Shown: positions 1 through 11,879 of the stretch, in pieces
How positions within the stretch are numbered: the stretch's first letter is position 1
How the letters are laid out: each line of letters starts with the position of its first letter
Origin: Balamuthia mandrillaris
Lineage: Eukaryota
Assembly (NCBI GenBank): GCA_031835245.2
Contig: JAVKOQ020000070.1
Span: 124,001-188,000, forward strand
Direction: 5' to 3'
Length of the DNA stretch: 64,000 nt
Made by a program: the position numbers and the translations under genes
The notes under the pieces: model-generated
What the model was told of the DNA's origin: nothing
Databases searched by the model: none
What the model saw: the letters and a program-made list of their open reading frames with translations, nothing else

Positions 1-1990
1 GTTTCGCTGCTTCAACTTAGACTCCACAAACTCCTGTATTTGTCCTCGTACGAGATGATTGGGGATCAAGTTCTTGTTATCCAACTCAGCGCCCGTTCTC
101 GGAGAAGTGTTGTGTTTGACCAACCATTCCTTGATGTTTGCTTCTTCGTAGGTGTGACCATCGCAGGTAAGCACCGGGTTTTGCTGTCATAGTCATAGTG
201 AGCTTAAACGGAAAGAAGAAGAAGAGGAGGAAAGATAAGCAAGGCAAGAAGGAAGAGAGAAGAGGCTTTACCATGATTTCCTGGGAAATGGGACACAAGT
301 ATGCTTCAGGAATGTTATCCCCTTCTTCTTCCATGATCATTTCCAAATCTTCTTGCGTGAAGCCCGATTTAGCCTTTGCAGACGACGACGAAGAAGAAGA
401 AGACGACGACGACGATGTGGACTTGCTTCCCGTGGAAGCCTTTTTGTTGCTCGAACCTCCTCTTGATGTTGACGAAGACGTAGAAAAATCGTATTGACTG
501 CTCTCTAAGCCAAGCACTTGTCGGAACAGCTTTGAAGCCGAACAAAGCATCACACGATGCGCATGAATCTCTTTGAACTGGAGCTCCTCTTCTTTCTTCT
601 CGCTCTTGCTCGCCACTTTGAAGATGACATCTGCATAACGATCCTTGTTCAAGAGTTTGGCGAGTTCATCGGCGATGATTGCCGTTTCTATGTTAATCCA
701 TGGAGCGCGTCCAGCAGGAGGCATCACGGGAGGCACCGGCATTGGCTTCTCCTCTTTGGCTGTCTTGGAGGATCTGCTGCCTCTGCTAGGACCCCATCCT
801 CCTTTCTTCTTTTTGCTTTTGGAGGAACTGCCGCCACCACCATTGAGAGCAGTGATAATGGCATTGTCAAAGAGGGTCTTTACGCCTTGTTGAGTGAGGG
901 CGCTTGTTTCATAGTAACCAGCTAAACCATTCTTTTAAAGAGGAGAGTTAGGCGAGAAGTAGAGAAAAAGGGCAGAAGGAAGAAGAGTCGAAGAAGAAAC
1001 GGAAAGACAGAGAGCGCAGAAGTTAGAGGACAAGAGCAAGAGAGAGAGAGAGAGAGAGAGAGGGAGAATGGAAGAGGAAGGAAGAGAGAGCGAGAGAGCG
1101 AGAGAGCGAGAGAGAGAGAGAATGAGTACCCGTTTGGCCATAGCAATGCCTTGTTCCGTGGTGACCAGGTCCATGCCTTTGTCATTGAGCTTGCGTTTCG
1201 TATTGTCATCGGAGCGAAGGTCCATCTTAGTGCCCACCAATACAATGGGTGCTTCTGAATGATGTCTATGACGATCGTTAACAACAATCAATATAAAAGC
1301 AGAGAAGAGAGAGAAGAGGGAAGAGGGAAGAGGGAAGAGAGAAGAGAGATGAGGGAAGAGGGAAGAGAGAAGAGAAGAGAGAAGAGAGAGAAGAGAGAAC
1401 GAGGGAGGAGAGACAAAAGACGAACTTAAGTTCAGGCAGCCATTTGTGCTCTACGTTTTCAAAGGAAACGGGAGAGGCTAGGGAAAAGCAACACAGAAAA
1501 ACATCCGTTTGGGGATAAGACAACGGCCGCAGTCGATCATAGTCCTCCTGTCCAGCAGTATCCCTGTCGTGTGCGTATTCAAACGCCTTAGCAAAGAGAG
1601 AAAGACAAAACAAAAAAAAAAAAAAAGAAAGCGAGGACATACCAAAGACCAAGGTTGATGGGTTTGCCGTCTACCAATACGTTGGCGCTGTAGTTATCGA
1701 ATACGGTCGGTACCTATGTTTGTTTTATTTTATTCGATTAGAACGAACTTGCAACAACAACAACAACAAAAAAGCACTTACATAATCGCTCGGAAAGCTG
1801 TTGGTAGTGTACCTTTATGTTTGTGGGATTGGAAAGAAAGCGAGAAAGAGAGAAGCAACAAAGATTAGTCTTTTTTTTTTTGAATAAAACCAAAGCAGCA
1901 GAACAAAAAAAATGCTTACGATATGAGCAAACAGCTTTTACCGACGGCGCCATCGCCAACCACCACACATTTCACAGCTTGCATAGCCAT
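1..1990 (-). CDS. RacA/RhoBTB-like protein: Rho-family GTPase + Pro-rich linker + BTB segment + U-box (3' end outside window)
   Basis: Spliced exons from ATG 1990 read [80 protein letters not shown]...VGTKMD...ETSAL. There is no CAAX; instead [16 protein letters not shown], a BTB start (YADVIFKV...[15 protein letters not shown]) and a U-box across intron 184-271. The six GT-AG introns checked are frame-consistent. Confidence 0.9.
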
Positions 1991-2300
1991 CGTTTCTTTA
2001 TCGTTGTAGTTTAAAATTAAAAAAAAAAAAAAAAAAAAGAAAGAAGGAAACACGGCTTCCTCTCTCCGGTTCTTCCTTTGTTATGTGAACCTATTTTTTT
2101 TAACGTTTCGTTCAAGTAACCGTCTTTGAAACGGTAATATAGCTGCTATATTAACACATTTCAAACCGCCAATCAGAAATCAAACGGTCGATGTGAAGAA
2201 AGTGTGGTCATATTTTGCTGCATTGGTGCTCTAAATGTGCAAAACAATCAATTTTTGCGGACAAGCGAAAAAAGAAAGCAAAACAGCCATGTTGGAGTGC

Positions 2301-2963
2301 ATTGATAATTCGCGCTATTGTGGGGGTTCCTTTTGATAGAAAAACAGGATGAATTTTCGTTTAAGGTGATTCCCATGTCGTCCTTGATCTTCCCATGTCG
2401 TCATTGATTCACCATACCGCGAAAAGAAAAAAAGACACGGGTTGCAAGAGAAAAAAAATAATACAGAGCCAAGCAAAAGTTACGGCCTTGCTTTCGTCGG
2501 CAAGGGTTCACTTCCCAACCAAGAAAAAAACGTGCCCGACGAATGCCTCCTACGCCTACAGCTTCTACGCCTTCTATGCCATTCGTCGGGCACGTTTTTT
2601 TATTCTCTGTGACCTTTTTTTCCGCTCGTTTTTTTCTCTTTTTCGCTCGTTCCAACGTCTTTTTCGCTGAGCAGCCAGTTGTCGTTGCCTTTCCTCCTTT
2701 TCTAGTTGTTGCTGTTCCTTTTTTTCCTTCTCCTCCCTTTCTCGTTTTCGCCAAAGGTAGCGCTCATGGTCATACGCTTTCTTGTCTGCTTGCATTTTTA
2801 CCCTTCGCTCTTGTTGTCGACCAAAAAAGTGGAAAAAAAAATTCCACTTTAGCAGGGAAACCCATACAAAACCAGCGTTCCGGAACGCCCAGCTATTTTA
2901 CGTGGGTGAAGATTTTTGTTTGCGCCTGAGGGGTCGACCCCCACCATAGCGCGAATTATCAAT
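2301..2963. mobile_element. MITE-like non-autonomous element with 27-bp terminal inverted repeats
   Basis: 2301-2327 ATTGATAATTCGCGCTATTGTGGGGGT matches the reverse complement of 2937-2963 at 26/27 positions. No credible ORF inside; internal 22-bp perfect inverted repeat. No clear target-site duplication. Confidence 0.6.
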
Positions 2964-3819
2964 AAGAATGGGAGAAGCTCAAGAACCTGGTGGTTGGTTG
3001 TGTTTTATGTTTGAGATGTTTGCTACACTTTCAGTTTGTTTGTGATTATTGTTTTAAAAGAAGAAAAGGGTTTTGTTAAATGTTAAACTTTGGTTTATAT
3101 AGAATTATGTGTAAATACTGAAAATAAAAGCTGCAAAGAAAGAGAGAAAAAGGAAGAGAAAGAGAAAAAGAGAATAAGAGAAAAAGAAAGAGAGAATAAA
3201 AGTAAAGAAATGTAAACCAACAGAAAAAAAGTGGTATACTTATAAAAGAGATAAACAGAACATAAAGGTTAAAAGAAAAAAAAAAGAAAAAGCACAAAAC
3301 ATAAAACAAATAAGATACTTAAAGCCTCCAGTGTTTACTTTCAGTTCTACTTCCCTACTCAGCTTCACCCCCTTGGTAAACCATTGGTCCGGAGTTAGGG
3401 CGTCGCTTTCGCCATTGGTGGAGCGGGTCCAGTTCCAAAAAACCCCCAAATAAAAATGATAGCAAAAGGCTTTAGGAGGGAAGCACAAGCAGCAAAGAGG
3501 CAAGATCAGGACCACACACACAAGAGAAGGCCCTGAGGATATATAGCTGGTGAAAAAAGATTAGCAAAACGCAAACTTGGTGAGTGCGTGTGCATGTCCT
3601 TCTTGGTTAGCGCGGTCTATTCACTTTTTTTTTTTTTTTTGCGAACGGAAAGAATAGCGTGGCGTCCTTTGCAGGGTTTTTTGGGTTCACGCAAAGTATT
3701 ACTTTTGAGTAGCAAGCAAAGCGGTGCATGAAGAAGAACGTACCTTTGGTGTGTATGTTCTTCTTCTTCTTCCTCTCCTTTGCCTGTGAGTGAGCCTACA
3801 AGTGCAAAAAATAAAAAAA

Positions 3820-6800
3820 ATGGAGAGACCGGCAAGGCAACACGGTGGGAACGGCCTGGTCTTCGACCCGCTGGTCCATCACGCCGGGGTCATGTTCACC
3901 AGCCTCGCTGCCCTGGTGGCACTCGGCCTTCACCGCCCTACCATTGGCTCCATTGGTGGTGCTGTTCATGAAGGTATGTTCAGATCTCCTTTTGCAAAAA
4001 AAAAAAAGTTGCTTTCCTCTTATCTTCTTCCTACCTGCTGCTACTCGATAACGAGCAGGAGCGGAGTCGATCCTCCTGCCGTTGTTGCCGTCGGAGCAGG
4101 CACCACCTCCCATCTACACCCGAGTGCTCTACTCTCCCACGGTCCCGGCCACTTCTGCCCTAGAAACGGAGATCCTTCGGGTCAACGTGAAGGAACACAG
4201 CTACGTTCGGGTCATCCGGAGTTGGGTCCAACAACAACAACAACCCCCCCTAGCGCTTGGCGAAGGACAATCGGCATCAGCACGTTCTTCTTCCTCTTGC
4301 TATCGCTACGATGGTTTGTACAGCGTCACCCAAGAGAAGAATGGAGGTTCCTTGAACGAGTTTGTGTTCATCAGGGCAGCCACTATTCAACCACCTTCCA
4401 TCTATACTGCTTCTGCTGGTTCGCTTTCAACGGCCTTGCCCACTGCAGCTTTTGTTAAAGCACTTTCGGCAGTTTCTCATCTTTCCTCCGCGTCCCCGTT
4501 TTCATCGGCCTCAGCTTCCTTGTTCCCCGCTTCTTCTTCTGTTTTCTCTTCCGATGCACCCATTGGTTCTCATTCTTTCGCTCGTTCTGCTGCTTCTCCT
4601 TCGACTTCTGCTTCTACTGACGTCGCTGCTTCTTCCTCTGCTTTATCACCCTTATCGCCGACTATTTCTTCATTAGTATCGTCTTCTTCCTCGCAGCCAC
4701 TTTGCCCTTCCTCTGTTGTTGAAAGCCGCCCACCCGTAAATATACCTCCTTTGTTGCGTCCTATCAGTGGCTCATCCACTGTTCCTTCGGCTCCCTCCTC
4801 TGCTTCACCCTCCTCTTTATTCTCTTCTTGTCTGCCCTTAGTCAGCAATAATGCATTATCTGAGACTGCTGCTTTCCTTCACCAACACCTTTTGTCACAA
4901 CTTATTGGCTCTCTTTCCTCTGCGACACTTCCTGGAAATCCCTCATTGGCGTCTTCACCTTCTTGTCCCACCCTTCCTTCTCAGCACTCTCTCGAACAGT
5001 CAGCGAAAGCACAACTCATTCCGCCACATTCTCCCTTTCCTCTTTCATCATCTCTCGCTACTGCCTCTGTCACTAGTCCTACTGCAACCAATTTTCTTGA
5101 CACGAACACTCTTTCTCTCCTCATCAGTAAGTTGCATTCGCTACCGGGAGCCTCGGCCACACCTGCTTCTTCTCTTCCTGTTTCTTCGCCTCATGCATCC
5201 TCTCCTCCTATATCTTCTTCTTCGCCGCTTCATCCTACAATTCCTCTGTCTACGTATAATCATCCCCCTACATCTCTCTCCTCGTTTGCACCTCTTTCCG
5301 CTCTCCACCCTCTTCGTAGCTCTTCAGCTTCACTAACTAACAAACAAAGTAGCACACATTGTGAACACACCAACGCTCCTCTTTCCATTACACCCAACTC
5401 CCAAACCTGTCCTTCGCCTCTTTCTCCTCCACATGCCACCAAAACAGCAGACGTAGCCGCTAACCAAAAACAAAACAAATCAAAACGAATAGCACGACAG
5501 TCGAAGAGAAACGGCAAAACGAGCCGCAGCATCAAAGCAAAGAAAGCCAAGACAAGATCAACCAATCAAGCTGCTGATTTTACGGCTTGTGCTCTGGGCG
5601 ACAAACCGATAATAATGAAGCAGGAAGCACACCAACTGATAGAACCGAAGAAGCGACGACAATCTCCTACACATAAAGTGGTTGCTACTGCTCCGAGATC
5701 TGTACAGAAGGAGAAGCATTCAAAAACGATAACGGAATCTAAGCAGGAGACAGAGGAGTGGGTGACACTATTACTCAAGCAAAACCAACAACAGTTGATC
5801 AAACAAGAAAAGGAACAAATCGCTCTTGGACGGCAGAAGATAAAACGAAAACTGGGGCAAGTTGAGCAACCGAGTTCTGCTGCCTTTTCTCCTTCTCTTA
5901 CCTCGGGTTCTCCTTTGATTTCACCAACAACATCAACAGCAGCAACGATGACGACAACAACAACCCCAAACGGATCCGGTCCAACAACCACTCCAGCCGA
6001 AAACACCATCGCCAATAACAACAATAACGTGGAAAAGAGTACAACAACAAAGAATCAGACGAAGACAGAGAACAACCAAGAAGAACAAGTGCTATTCTGT
6101 CTTTGTCGCTCTCCATACGAATATGGCTTCATGATATGCTGTGACAGCTGCGATGAGTGGTTCCACGCTGAATGCATAGGCCTCAGCGATGAAGACGAAG
6201 ATGAGTTTGACCAGTCAGTCTTTGTGTGTCCGCTTTGCGATCCTTTGGTGACCTCTCTTCAACTGGAACAACAACGAAAACAGCGCAAACAAAGACGTCT
6301 TCTTCAGTCGAAAGAGGAACTAACAACGCTGGAACAAGTTTCTGAGCGTCGTCGGCGTCGTCGGCAAAACCAACAGACTACTGAATTTTCTCCATCGTCT
6401 TCTTCTTCACTTCATTCGCTTCGTTGTTCTTCTTCTTCTTCCTCCTCCTCTTCTACTTCTTCTTCACATTGTTCTCTTTCTTCGTCTGCTCCAACAGCAA
6501 AAACAATGGCGAGGAGGGAAAGAAAGAAGAGTAGAGTCCGAAAAGCAGACGAATACATTGAACAAGGGGAAGAAGAGGCAACCCCACCGCCAACCAAACG
6601 TTCATCCAACCGACAAACGCCATTACGCTCAAAACGCAGTGCAACCGATCTTATTGACTCTCCTGTAGAAGATGCAAGAGCCAAAGAGGACGAATGTAAC
6701 GGCGTGAGGAAGATGAAAAAGAAGTATAACAAGAAAACCGAAAGGAACAACTCTGGTGACACGATGACAATGACAACAACCACCACAACGACAACTTCAA

Positions 6801-7081
6801 TAACATCCACAACAACTGTAACCACAAAGAAGACCACAAGAGCAACCAACAACCAAGAGACGAAGAAGCCTTTTCCTCCTCCTCCCCCTCCTCATGCAAA
6901 TAACAAACACAACGACGACGCAAAGGAAGAAAAACGCAACGAACCAACAGAAGACACAGCAGCAGGAGAAAAGCAGAAGGAAGCAGAAGAAGAAGAGGAG
7001 GAGAGCTACTTTAGCGATGACGGGTTTGTCTTTGAAAGTTTCTCCTCTTATGACGCCATCAAAGCTCTATCTTGTAAATGA
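3820..7081 (+). CDS. Divergent SRA/YDG domain + PHD finger chromatin protein
   Basis: ATG 3820, intron 3974-4058. N-terminus has GLHRPTIGSIGGAVHEG-AESILL...YVRVIRS...YRYDGLYSV (SRA-like). PHD at ~6092-6240: FCLCRSPYEYGFMICCDSCDEWFHAECIG...FVCPLC. The rest is S/P/T/K-rich low complexity. TGA ends 7081. Confidence 0.8.
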
Positions 7082-7286
7082 AATATTGCTTTCTATGCAG
7101 AAAAGTTTGTTTATTTTTTTTTCTGTTTGAGAAAATAATAATAATAATATGAAAAACTATTGGAATGAAATAAAATGCAAAAAGTGGAAAATGGAATAAA
7201 ATAATGAAATCAAAAACAAAAATAGAAAAATAATAATAATAATAATAATGGCTTGCCGCTTGGAGGATGAAGAAGGGGGGAAGGAT

Positions 7287-8331
7287 TCAAACAACAACGC
7301 TTCCGTTCTTTCTCGTCGTCGATGAAGAGGATGATGGCACAGGGGACGAGGAAGAAAGTCTTTGTCGTTTCTTGCTCGGGGAGACCGATCTTCCTTTCTT
7401 CTTCTTTGTGGAAGAGGAGCTCTTCTTTGAACTGCTGTTGTTTTTGGGGGAGAAAGAAGAAGAAGTCGATGAAGATGATAAAGGTCTTTGGTTGCCATTT
7501 GAATTGTTGTTGGCACCGAACGAAGAAGACGATGATGAAGCAGAAGGATCGTCCAAAGGTTTTAAGACAGTTTCGTAACGGGCATGTCTGGCTGCAAAGG
7601 CTTCGTCTGAAGTGTCTTCGCTACTGCTATCGTCATCATCTCTCAAAGAAGCAGAAGAAAGAGAGGGTGGTATGAGCTCTCGTTTGATTTCCTCTCCCTC
7701 ACCAGCGCACGATATGCGAATAAGCTCTTCGGTGGTGTTTCCGCTGGAGAATGGGTCCAAGAAGAAAGGAGGAAACGGGGAGGAGGCATCTTCTTCCATC
7801 GAAAAGGGAGGCAACGCTGTAGAAGTTGAAGTCGTTGTCGTTAAGCTATTGAGATCGATGTTGATGCTGTCATCGGTAAGAAGGAAGTTGTTGGTTGTTT
7901 CGTGGTCCGTTCGTTCAATGCTGGAAAGAAGTGAAGGAGCAGAAGTAGAAGGAATAAATGGAGATTGTTCAGAAGCAAAAGGAGATGCAAAATTTGTTGA
8001 GGATGCGGTAGATAGTGTCGAGGGAGATGAAGCAGAAGAAGAGTAAGAAGAAGATGAAGATGAAGTTGGGGAAGTGATAGGAAGCAGTTGAGGAGGATCA
8101 GAGGAAGCAGCGGCGTCCAAGTGAGGAGGAGACTGTTCGCCGATGGAGCGCCACATTGGCACCAATACTTCTTCGTACTCTGGTACCACTATTCGTTGAA
8201 CATGATCCTCAAAGACAACTCTATGAATGTCAAAGTCGCTAGTACGAAGCCCTCGTTTTCGACCCTTAAACTTTAATATTATAAGGGAAACGTGAGTAAA
8301 AGGTTAAGAGAGGAGGAGAAAGAGAGGAGAA

Positions 8332-8365
<34 letters not shown>

Positions 8366-11300
8366 GATACCTCTTCATGTCTACTGCCTTTCGGAAGTTG
8401 ACTCTTCTGTGAAGTTGAGTGTCGATTCTTGCTCTTATACTTGCTCGAAGAGGAGCCACCAGTAGATGAAGCAAGAGGAGTGGAGGTAGAAGAAGTAAAG
8501 CTACGAGAAAGGGTGGTTTGTGCATCCCTCTCTCTAGCTCGCTTTTGATGGAGTCTCAACTTGAGACTGTGTTTGTATTGCCGCAACAATGCCGTGTCCA
8601 GCTCGTCTCCTCTGACCCATCTGTTCTTTGCGTCAGAGCATCCCTCAAAAGCAACGAGATACCTCCACTCGCCAGTGCCAGCTTTGCGATAACGCGCTAT
8701 GACACGCAGCGGATGACGAACTGCCGCTTCTCCTTCCTTCTTCCTTTTCTTTCTCGGTGGCATCCACACATCTTCTTTCTCTTCTCGTTCTTCGTTCACG
8801 AGTTGTTTTGTATCATGAGAAGATGTCGAGTTGCAGCTGTCACAAGAGCAAATGCTTCTGCAACGAGGACATAACCACTCGATGTTGCGACGCACTCGCT
8901 TGTGAATGCTAACTACGTCCTCGCTGTAGTGCTTGCGGAGACAAAATTCGCAGTATCTGCCATCGCAGCTGCCTTTGAGCACTCCATCGCAACAAACGAT
9001 TACCGGCCTTAAATGTTTGCATTGGTGACATCTCTGGCCTAAAGGCAACGTCCGCAAATGGCGCTCGATTTGTGTACTTTCGTCTTCTGCATTCTTTCCT
9101 TCCTTTTCTTGTTGTTCTTCGGTGTTGGGAGTTTCTACTCCTTCTTCATTGGGTTTGTTGTGGCTCTTTTTCCAAAGTTGTTTGATTTGGGCTAGCCGTT
9201 CGAACTTTTGAATGAGTCCAGGACAGTTTAGATCCCGTATGCTTTCCCACGAGTTCTCATTGTCAGAACATCCCTCCCACCTTATCAAGTATTGCACATC
9301 TCTCTGTTTTTTTTTTCCCCCAAGGGAAAGTTAGAGACAATTGTCAAAACAAAACCAAAGAGAGAGAGCGAGAAGAAAAGCAGAAAAAGAGGGAGAAAAA
9401 AACATACGCCAAGGATTCTCTTGCCAACAACATCTTCCACAATGTATCCTTTGCCATGTTCCTCCTCGTCCTCCTCTTCCTCGTCCTCTGCCGAAACCAT
9501 CCCCGAATTCGAAGAAGAACCAGTAACATCCACCATGTATGCTTTACTTTCGCTATTCTTCAACTGTCTCTTGCTCTTCTTCAAGCCAGCACTTACTCGG
9601 TTCACTCTGCTGCCACTACTCCTCAAAGAAGCAGAAGCGAGTTGACGCGAAAGCGGAGCGTCGAACGCCACTTGGCCTCCTTCCTCCGCACTCATCATCC
9701 CCGTTCGTTTCAATGCCCAATAGCCAGAGCCTCTCTGCCCAGATATGAACAGCTCCGGATGCGTTGAGATCTGGGACATGACGGTGTTGGCCCAAGTCGC
9801 CGTTCGCGCCCGGTCAGGACAGATCGAGTCCCAGTGGTGCTCGATGTAGGCGCAAATCTCCTTGCGACAGTGGAAGTACGTCCGCTTGTGCACTTTCTCA
9901 AGATTGTAGAGAGCGGTGAGGATGATGTCCATCCAGTTTCTGGCGGTGGCTTTGCGTGTGTCACAGTTGGGACATTTCATTTGGCAGTTTTCGTTGTTGA
10001 GGACAGTGCGTGTTGGCTGTGTGTTTGTGTCCAGCAAATTAGACGATACGCAAAAAATTAAAAAGGCAAAAAAAAAACATACCAACTGAAGCACTTCCTT
10101 CTTGCACACAATGCAAACTGTCTGCATGGATGGATCAGAAGCAGAAGCGGTAGAGAAAGGCAGATTCGCAGACTTGGACGAAGAAGAGCTCAATCGTTTC
10201 TTTGTTGAGGACTTGTTACTGTTGGTAGCAGATAACGATGGCTTAGATAAACGAACTACTTCTTCTTTCTCCTCTTCTTTACTTTCTTCTCCTTTTTCTT
10301 CTACCGGTAGTGGAGAAGATGAAGATGACGAGGAAGATTCTGGTTCCATGTCTATTTCCAATTCCATGGAACCGTCAGGAGGAGAGGAAGTCTTGCCACC
10401 ACTGCAGTCATTACTACTAGCAGGAACAGCAACCATTCTTGCTTCTGCTTCTTCTCGGTCATCTCCTTCTTCTTTCTCTCTTACTTCCTCCTTTCTTGTC
10501 AACATGGTCGTGGTCGTTGCCGTCGTTGGTGTTGGCAGTTTTCCCTGCACTTCCTCCATAGATACATAGAGCGAAGGTGGAGGGTTATTCGACTCGACCA
10601 TGGTCGACGAAGAAGGCTCCACCAGAGACATCGAGCTCTCTTCTATCGTCCCTGGTCCATGTAGCGTAGAAACAACCCCCCCTTTCCCATCAACATCGTT
10701 GATTTCGGTTTTGTGTTGTTGTTGGAGAAGAAGCTGCTCGTAACCGTTCAAAACTTGTTCATCATCACCCGTCATCATGTCTGTTAACTCAAGGCCTTTG
10801 CCAATTGCAATACTGGTCGATGAGGGCGCTCTCTGCCTCGTCGCTGTTGCAACCGTATCAGTAAAAGTGGTCAGTGAAGTCGGTATTGTTATCGTTGGTG
10901 TAGTGGTGGTAGAAATGTTCGTTGTCGCTGTTGATGATGGTGTTGTGGCAATCGCAGGAGATAAGGATGATGCTGGTGAAGAATACGAAGATGGCGGTGA
11001 GGAGGATAATGAAGAAGGTAACGGCAACGACAATACTGGTGGCTGGGTAGTTGTGATCGTATTAGACGTTGTTGCTGGTGTTGTTTTGGCGGGTGTTAAG
11101 GGAATGGCTTTACTTGGTGATAATGTAGCTTTCGTTGCGGTTGGTGTCGAGGAGAGCGAAGAGGAATTTGATGATGTCGTTATCGTATTTGTAAAGTTTA
11201 AAGAGGAAGGAGATGGTGAAGAAGAAGGGTAAGATGATGAAGAATAGACAGCGCTACTGCCTATGCCTTTAGTCACCGTCGTTGATGAGGTTGTGGTGTT

Positions 11301-11879
11301 GGCTGCTTTGTTGTTAGTTGCGGAAGAAGTGGTTGTTGTTGAGGTTCCGTTTCTTCTTTGTCTAGAGGAGATTCTGCCGTTGCTTCTATTTCCATTGACA
11401 TAAAAACTTCGGGAGGAGCTATAGTTATTCGGTTGCTTCATAAAGTTGGTGACGTTGGCGATGCTTGTCACTGGTTTGAAGGTTATTGGCTTGGTCACTG
11501 TTGGCAAAGAGGAAGAAGACGAAGCTGAAGAGGAAGAAGTAGGTTTTAGGATCGTTGTGGTCGTTTTTGCAGTGTTTCTTTTTGTGGTGTTGTTGCTTGT
11601 GTTACTATTGTTGTTGGAGATGATCGTTGCTGTTGAAATGTTTTGAGAAGAAGATGATGAATTGGTATTGTGCGAATGATGATGAACTCCGTTGGATAAA
11701 GTGGAAGGAGAAAGTCCAACCTCTCCTCCTGCTGTTGTTGGTGTTGACGTTGATGTTAACGTTCCGTTACTGCTGCCGCCGCTGTTGTTGCTGTTGTTCG
11801 ATCCAACGTTAACAATGCCAACGCCGCCGTTGGAGGTGGCGATCCCGCTTCTCAACATCCCCTCTTCCATTTTCATCAT
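7287..11879 (-). CDS. Multidomain chromatin protein: ASH2L/PCL-like winged helix, chromodomain, zf-4CXXC_R1, chromodomain, PEHE
   Basis: Introns 10017-10082, 9304-9407 and 8271-8370 join three ORFs in frame. Motifs: NWMDIILTALYNL...EICAYIEHHWDSI...GYWAL; YIVEDVVGKRILG/RDVQYLIRWEGCSDNENSWE; CHQC...C...C...YCEFCLRKHY...WLCPRCRSICSCDSC; WRYLVAFEGCSDAKNRWV; SDFDIHRVV...EVLVPMWR...EDTSDEAFAARHARYE. Start ATG 11879 is tentative. Confidence 0.82.
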
